This document shows positions 60,388 through 64,000 of a DNA stretch of 64,000 bases, piece by piece. The stretch lies in contig CP070707.1 in the NCBI GenBank assembly GCA_020350205.1, positions 3,624,381-3,688,380 on the forward strand, given 5' to 3'. A program made the position numbers and the translations under genes. This DNA comes from a bacterium. GTDB taxonomy: Bacteria; Calditrichota; Calditrichia; RBG-13-44-9. Each line of letters begins with the position of its first letter. Position 1 is the first letter of the stretch. The notes beneath the pieces are model-generated. The model ran no database searches, had not been told where the DNA came from, and was given only the letters and a program-made list of their open reading frames with translations.

Positions 60388-61534
60388 AAGCGTTATCCAA
60401 ATCTTCCAGTAAATCATCGGCATGTTCAATTCCCACCGAAATTCGGATCAAGGTTTCGGACAAACCAATTTTTCTGCGTTCCGCTTCCGGCACGGAAGCG
60501 TGGGTCATTAATGCCGGCAGTTCAATCAGGGATTCGACGCCTCCCAAACTCTCCGCCAGGGCAAAGTAGCGGGTGCTTTCAACAAATTTTTTGGCAGTTT
60601 TCAAATCTCCCTGAAGCTCAAAGGAAAGCATGCCACCAAAACCATTCATCTGTTTACAGGCCAGGTCATGTTGCGGATGACTTTTCAGTCCCGGATAGAT
60701 CACCCGTTCAACCCCTGGATTTTTTTCTAAAAATTCAGCGATGATCCCGGCATTCTGGGCATGCTGACGCATCCGTACGCCCAGAGTTTTTAATCCTCTC
60801 ATCACCAGAAAACTATCAAAAGGAGAAAGAACACCTCCGGCTGAATTCTGGGTAAATTTAAGTTTCTCATAGATGTCGTTATCATTTAACATGAGTGCCC
60901 CCCCCAAGGAATCGCTATGCCCGTTGAGATATTTGGTACTGCTGTGCATGACGATGTCGGCCCCCAGTTGTAACGGTTGCTGAAAATAAGGGCTCATAAA
61001 GGTATTGTCCACAACCACCGGAATGTGGTGCTGCTGTGCAATCCGGCATATTTCTTCAATGTCACAGAGTTTGAGTAAAGGATTCGTGGGGGTTTCCAGC
61101 CAGACCAGACGGGTATTTTTGCGGATGGCTGCAGCCACCTGCCCGGAATCACGTGCATCCACGAAACTGACAGATATTTGAAATTTATTTTGAAAAATTT
61201 TATCCATGAGTCGCCTGCTTCCACCATAAAGGTCATCGAAAGCGACCATGTGGTCACCGGATTTTAGAAGAGAAAGAAAAAGAGTGGTTTCTGCCGCCAG
61301 GCCGGAAGCGAATGCGAGTCCGTAGCGGGCATTCTCCAAGCTTGCCAATCGCGCTTCAAGTCCTAACCGGGTGGGATTTCCGGATCGAATATACTCATAA
61401 CCTGCTGTCGGGTGATCTACATCTTTTCTGGCAAAAGTTGTGGCGAGGTGAATTGGTTTTACGACATCTCCGCTACCACCCGCCTGTAAATTAGGTTCTT
61501 CTCCGACATGAATCGCTTTGGTTTCGAGTTTCAT
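60371..61534 (-). CDS. Cys/Met-metabolism PLP-dependent enzyme (cystathionine gamma-lyase/synthase family)
   Basis: 387 aa with the PLP-lysine region (MHSSTKYLNGHSD) and overall MetB/MetC-family layout. Confidence 0.8.
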   Translation of the reverse strand: MKLETKAIHVGEEPNLQAGGSGDVVKPIHLATTFARKDVDHPTAGYEYIRSGNPTRLGLEARLASLENARYGLAFASGLAAETTLFLSLLKSGDHMVAFDDLYGGSRRLMDKIFQNKFQISVSFVDARDSGQVAAAIRKNTRLVWLETPTNPLLKLCDIEEICRIAQQHHIPVVVDNTFMSPYFQQPLQLGADIVMHSSTKYLNGHSDSLGGALMLNDNDIYEKLKFTQNSAGGVLSPFDSFLVMRGLKTLGVRMRQHAQNAGIIAEFLEKNPGVERVIYPGLKSHPQHDLACKQMNGFGGMLSFELQGDLKTAKKFVESTRYFALAESLGGVESLIELPALMTHASVPEAERRKIGLSETLIRISVGIEHADDLLEDLDNAFKKIH

Positions 61535-61693
61535 GACTTCTCCCAGCAGTTGCGTGTAAATCAGTTTTTCCCATAATATGCAAAAATTATTTCAATTATT
61601 CCTGCACAAAGAATAATTAAAACCGGTAGTCACAACTCCGGGAAATTTCTTACAGTGAGAAATCTGAAATGAATGGACTCCGGATGTTTTCCA

Positions 61694-62710
61694 CTAAGCC
61701 GGAGTTTCCTGTTTCCGAGGAATTCTTTTCCCGTTATTTTTCAGGTATCCATGTTGTGTCATCCAGTCGTCATTATATATTTTACTGAGATAACGGGAGC
61801 CGGAATCCGGGAGGATGACCACTATTTTTTTATATTCCTTTTGTTTTCTCGCAACTTCAAGAGCGGCCCAAACGGCACTGCCACTGGATCCACCGGCAAA
61901 CACACCCTCTTCTCTTGCCAGATGACGGGCGGTCATGAATGAATTGTAATCATTCACCTGAACGATATCGTCGATAATATTGAAGTCAACCGCTTTTACC
62001 AGATAATCCTCTCCAATCCCTTCAACTTTGTACAACCGGGGATCGGGCAACTGGCCGGTTTTGAAATAGTGGTAGAAAACCGAACCTTCCGGATCAACGG
62101 CCATGACCTGTAAAGCAGGATTTTTTTCCTTCAGGAAACGTCCCGCCCCACTCAGGGTACCACCAGTTCCGATACCCGCCACCAGAATGTCTATTTCGCC
62201 GGCGGTTTGTTCCCAGATTTCAGGACCGGTGGTCCGGTAATGCGCTTCAATATTCATGGGATTGTTGTACTGATCGGGATAAAATGCTCCGGGGATTTCG
62301 TTGGCTAGGCGGCGCGCTACACTGTAATAACTTTCGGGAGAATCCGCCGGGACATCGGTGGGGGTGATTACCACTTCAGCGCCAAATGCTTTCATCAGAT
62401 TTTGTTTTTCCTGGCTCATTTTATCCGGCATGGTAATGATGCAGCGGTAGCCCTTCACCGCTGCGATCATAGCCAGGGCAGATCCGGTATTACCGGAGGA
62501 ATTTTCGACAATTGTTCCGCCCGGTTTTAATAATCCGCGCTGCTCAGCATCTTCAACAATAAAACGGGCCATTCGATCTTTGATACTTCCGGCCGGATTA
62601 AGAAATTCCAGCTTGGCAAACAGATCCGCATTCAAATCTTTAGACAATTTATTTAACTTCAACAGGGGGGTGTTCCCGATTGACTCGTATACCTGGTTTA
62701 TGATTTTCAT
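61694..62710 (-). CDS. Cysteine synthase / cystathionine beta-synthase family (PLP fold type II)
   Basis: N-terminal IGNTPLLKLNKL. PLP-lysine context NPAGSIKDRMA. Gly loop GTGGT. Start placed at MKIINQ, an internal ATG of the longer ORF that extends to 62794. Confidence 0.8.
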   Translation of the reverse strand: MKIINQVYESIGNTPLLKLNKLSKDLNADLFAKLEFLNPAGSIKDRMARFIVEDAEQRGLLKPGGTIVENSSGNTGSALAMIAAVKGYRCIITMPDKMSQEKQNLMKAFGAEVVITPTDVPADSPESYYSVARRLANEIPGAFYPDQYNNPMNIEAHYRTTGPEIWEQTAGEIDILVAGIGTGGTLSGAGRFLKEKNPALQVMAVDPEGSVFYHYFKTGQLPDPRLYKVEGIGEDYLVKAVDFNIIDDIVQVNDYNSFMTARHLAREEGVFAGGSSGSAVWAALEVARKQKEYKKIVVILPDSGSRYLSKIYNDDWMTQHGYLKNNGKRIPRKQETPA

Positions 62711-62903
62711 AATATATTCCAGAATTTTTAAATGCTGTAACGGGAAATCATGTATAAAGTTCCAGGAGCAGGTCAGTTTTCCGACCGGCGACATGTTTAT
62801 TTAAAAGCAATCTTTTCCGGGGTTTTAATCAGGAGATAGCCGCCGGATTTGGAAAATCATATTTCCGGGGTGTTTTTCCGTCAAGCATGTCCGATTGACA
62901 GGG

Positions 62904-63785
62904 TCACGGGATATAAATCACTCGGCCCGTTCCGGCCTGAATGAAAAAATTTTCATAGGCATTTCTGAACAGTGAAATAGCCTCTTCTCCGGTACAGTGG
63001 GTAGGGGCAACATATTTGACATTTAAATTCTGAAACTCGTCAATAATTTCCTGGACGGCAGTCGTGCTGTGATTCATCAGATGAAATCCCCCAACCACCA
63101 GATAAATTGGGCGTTTCCGGATCTGCCGGGCTCGCTCGAGAATGCTTACAATTCCAGGATGGGAACAACCGGTGATCACGACCAGTCCACTATCGGTATC
63201 CAGAATCAACGATTGCTCTCTGATGTCCTGACCCATTTCACCGCTCAGGCAGATGTCAGAGCAGATGGAATCAGGTGCCTGGTGGAGGTGAACCGAAGCA
63301 CCGGTGTTTATTACCCGGTCAATAAACATCTGATCGAAGGATTGAGGAAGATTTACCACAACGTCTGAATGTTGACCGAGTACAGTCAAGATAGCGCCAG
63401 TGTGGTCGCCATGGTTATGGGAGAGCACGATCTGATCTACTGTGCTCACATCAACTTGTAATTCGTTAAGATTATGTTGCAGTATAGCTCCCTGTGTTCC
63501 GGTATCAAATAAAACAGTATCTTCCATACCTTCCACCAGGCAGGAAAAGCCCCAATCGGCAGTGGTTCCGCTTTTAAAAACGGTATTGTCATACAGGATG
63601 TTTATTTTTATCGAATAGGACGGTGTAGAAGGATCGGAATTGGAATTATTCTGCCCGGTTGGCGAGGAACAGGCCAGAAATCCGGCCATACAAATTCCCC
63701 GAAAGGAGAGATCGGTGGCAAATAATAAGAAAAAAAATATAAAAGAGATCAGAAAGACATGGCGCAGACAGGTTAAATGTTTCAT
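62904..63785 (-). CDS. MBL-fold metallo-hydrolase lipoprotein
   Basis: Signal peptide with lipobox (FLACSS). HNHGDHTG metallo-beta-lactamase motif. Conserved downstream Asp/His. Confidence 0.75.
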   Translation of the reverse strand: MKHLTCLRHVFLISFIFFFLLFATDLSFRGICMAGFLACSSPTGQNNSNSDPSTPSYSIKINILYDNTVFKSGTTADWGFSCLVEGMEDTVLFDTGTQGAILQHNLNELQVDVSTVDQIVLSHNHGDHTGAILTVLGQHSDVVVNLPQSFDQMFIDRVINTGASVHLHQAPDSICSDICLSGEMGQDIREQSLILDTDSGLVVITGCSHPGIVSILERARQIRKRPIYLVVGGFHLMNHSTTAVQEIIDEFQNLNVKYVAPTHCTGEEAISLFRNAYENFFIQAGTGRVIYIP

Positions 63786-64000
63786 AATAAACTCCTGTTT
63801 TTTAAGAGCAGTTATATTTCATCCTATGTTATACGAGTACCGATAACATTCTCTTCCTGCCACCGATTTCCCCTGCAAAGAATTGCGGGGTAACTTGAGA
63901 TTTTAAATATTATTAGCAAAGTCATCGTTCCTGTTTATCTGGTTGACCAATCGTCAGCCAGGCCGTATGATTCCGAATTAACAGAAATGCAACTGTATAC

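Noticed and set aside
63870-63890. Hairpin CCCCTGCAAAGAATTGCGGGG in the leader of the MBL-fold lipoprotein gene
   Set aside because: It is a single short stem with a bulge and no further conserved context, so it is not enough to call a riboswitch or attenuator.
1-64000. CRISPR arrays, integrases, transposases and phage genes
   Set aside because: No regularly spaced direct repeats and no recombinase or transposase-like ORFs were seen. The window appears to be core chromosome.

Overview
This 64-kb window looks like chromosomal core DNA from a bacterium of the FCB superphylum (Bacteroidota, Ignavibacteria, Calditrichota or a related candidate phylum). The evidence is two proteases carrying type-IX-secretion C-terminal sorting domains, an Rnf complex, and roughly 45% GC. 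I saw no integrase, transposase, CRISPR array or rRNA/tRNA gene. Coding density is high.

Genes in order:
- rnfG (partial), rnfD and rnfC on the minus strand, then a YitT-family membrane protein and an LpxH-like phosphoesterase.
- The classic origin-neighbourhood string rpmH-rnpA-yidD-yidC-mnmE-mnmG-rsmG-parA. rpmH is 48 aa and is missing from the ORF track. No dnaA or parB is present; the ParA-like ATPase carries a C-terminal extension and is translationally coupled to an outer-membrane beta-barrel protein and an EnvC-like coiled-coil M23 peptidase.
- ssb, alanine racemase, an alpha/beta hydrolase, a 1287-aa C25 (gingipain-like) peptidase with a T9SS sorting domain, a second YitT paralogue, and a REC-GAF-GGDEF response regulator.
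- An M1 metallopeptidase, a DUF72 protein, plsC, serS, a DegT-family aminotransferase, a cyclophilin, an S8 subtilisin with a T9SS sorting domain, an EEP-family lipoprotein, deoB, a CapA-family phosphatase and a sigma-70 factor.
- A KH-domain protein next to a glycine-rich RRM protein, a 5'-nucleotidase, and a MenA-like UbiA prenyltransferase divergent from a tocopherol-cyclase-like gene.
- A TPR / beta-barrel / ExbB / ExbD / TonB five-gene operon.
- A PP2C phosphatase / Ser-Thr kinase / FHA-lytic-transglycosylase trio.
- A cystathionine-type PLP enzyme, a cysteine-synthase-like gene and an MBL-fold lipoprotein.

The most unusual sequence-level signals:
- Three copies of a perfect 14-bp palindrome GTTTCACGTGAAAC bracketing mnmG.
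- A small family of intergenic hairpin elements sharing a 5' TGTCAWTTCGAG box and a 3' CGAGAWAA box. Each lies upstream of, and in the same orientation as, a plus-strand gene.
- A CCTGCCGGCAGG palindrome pair flanking the KH/RRM locus.
- The prenyltransferase / tocopherol-cyclase-like divergent pair.
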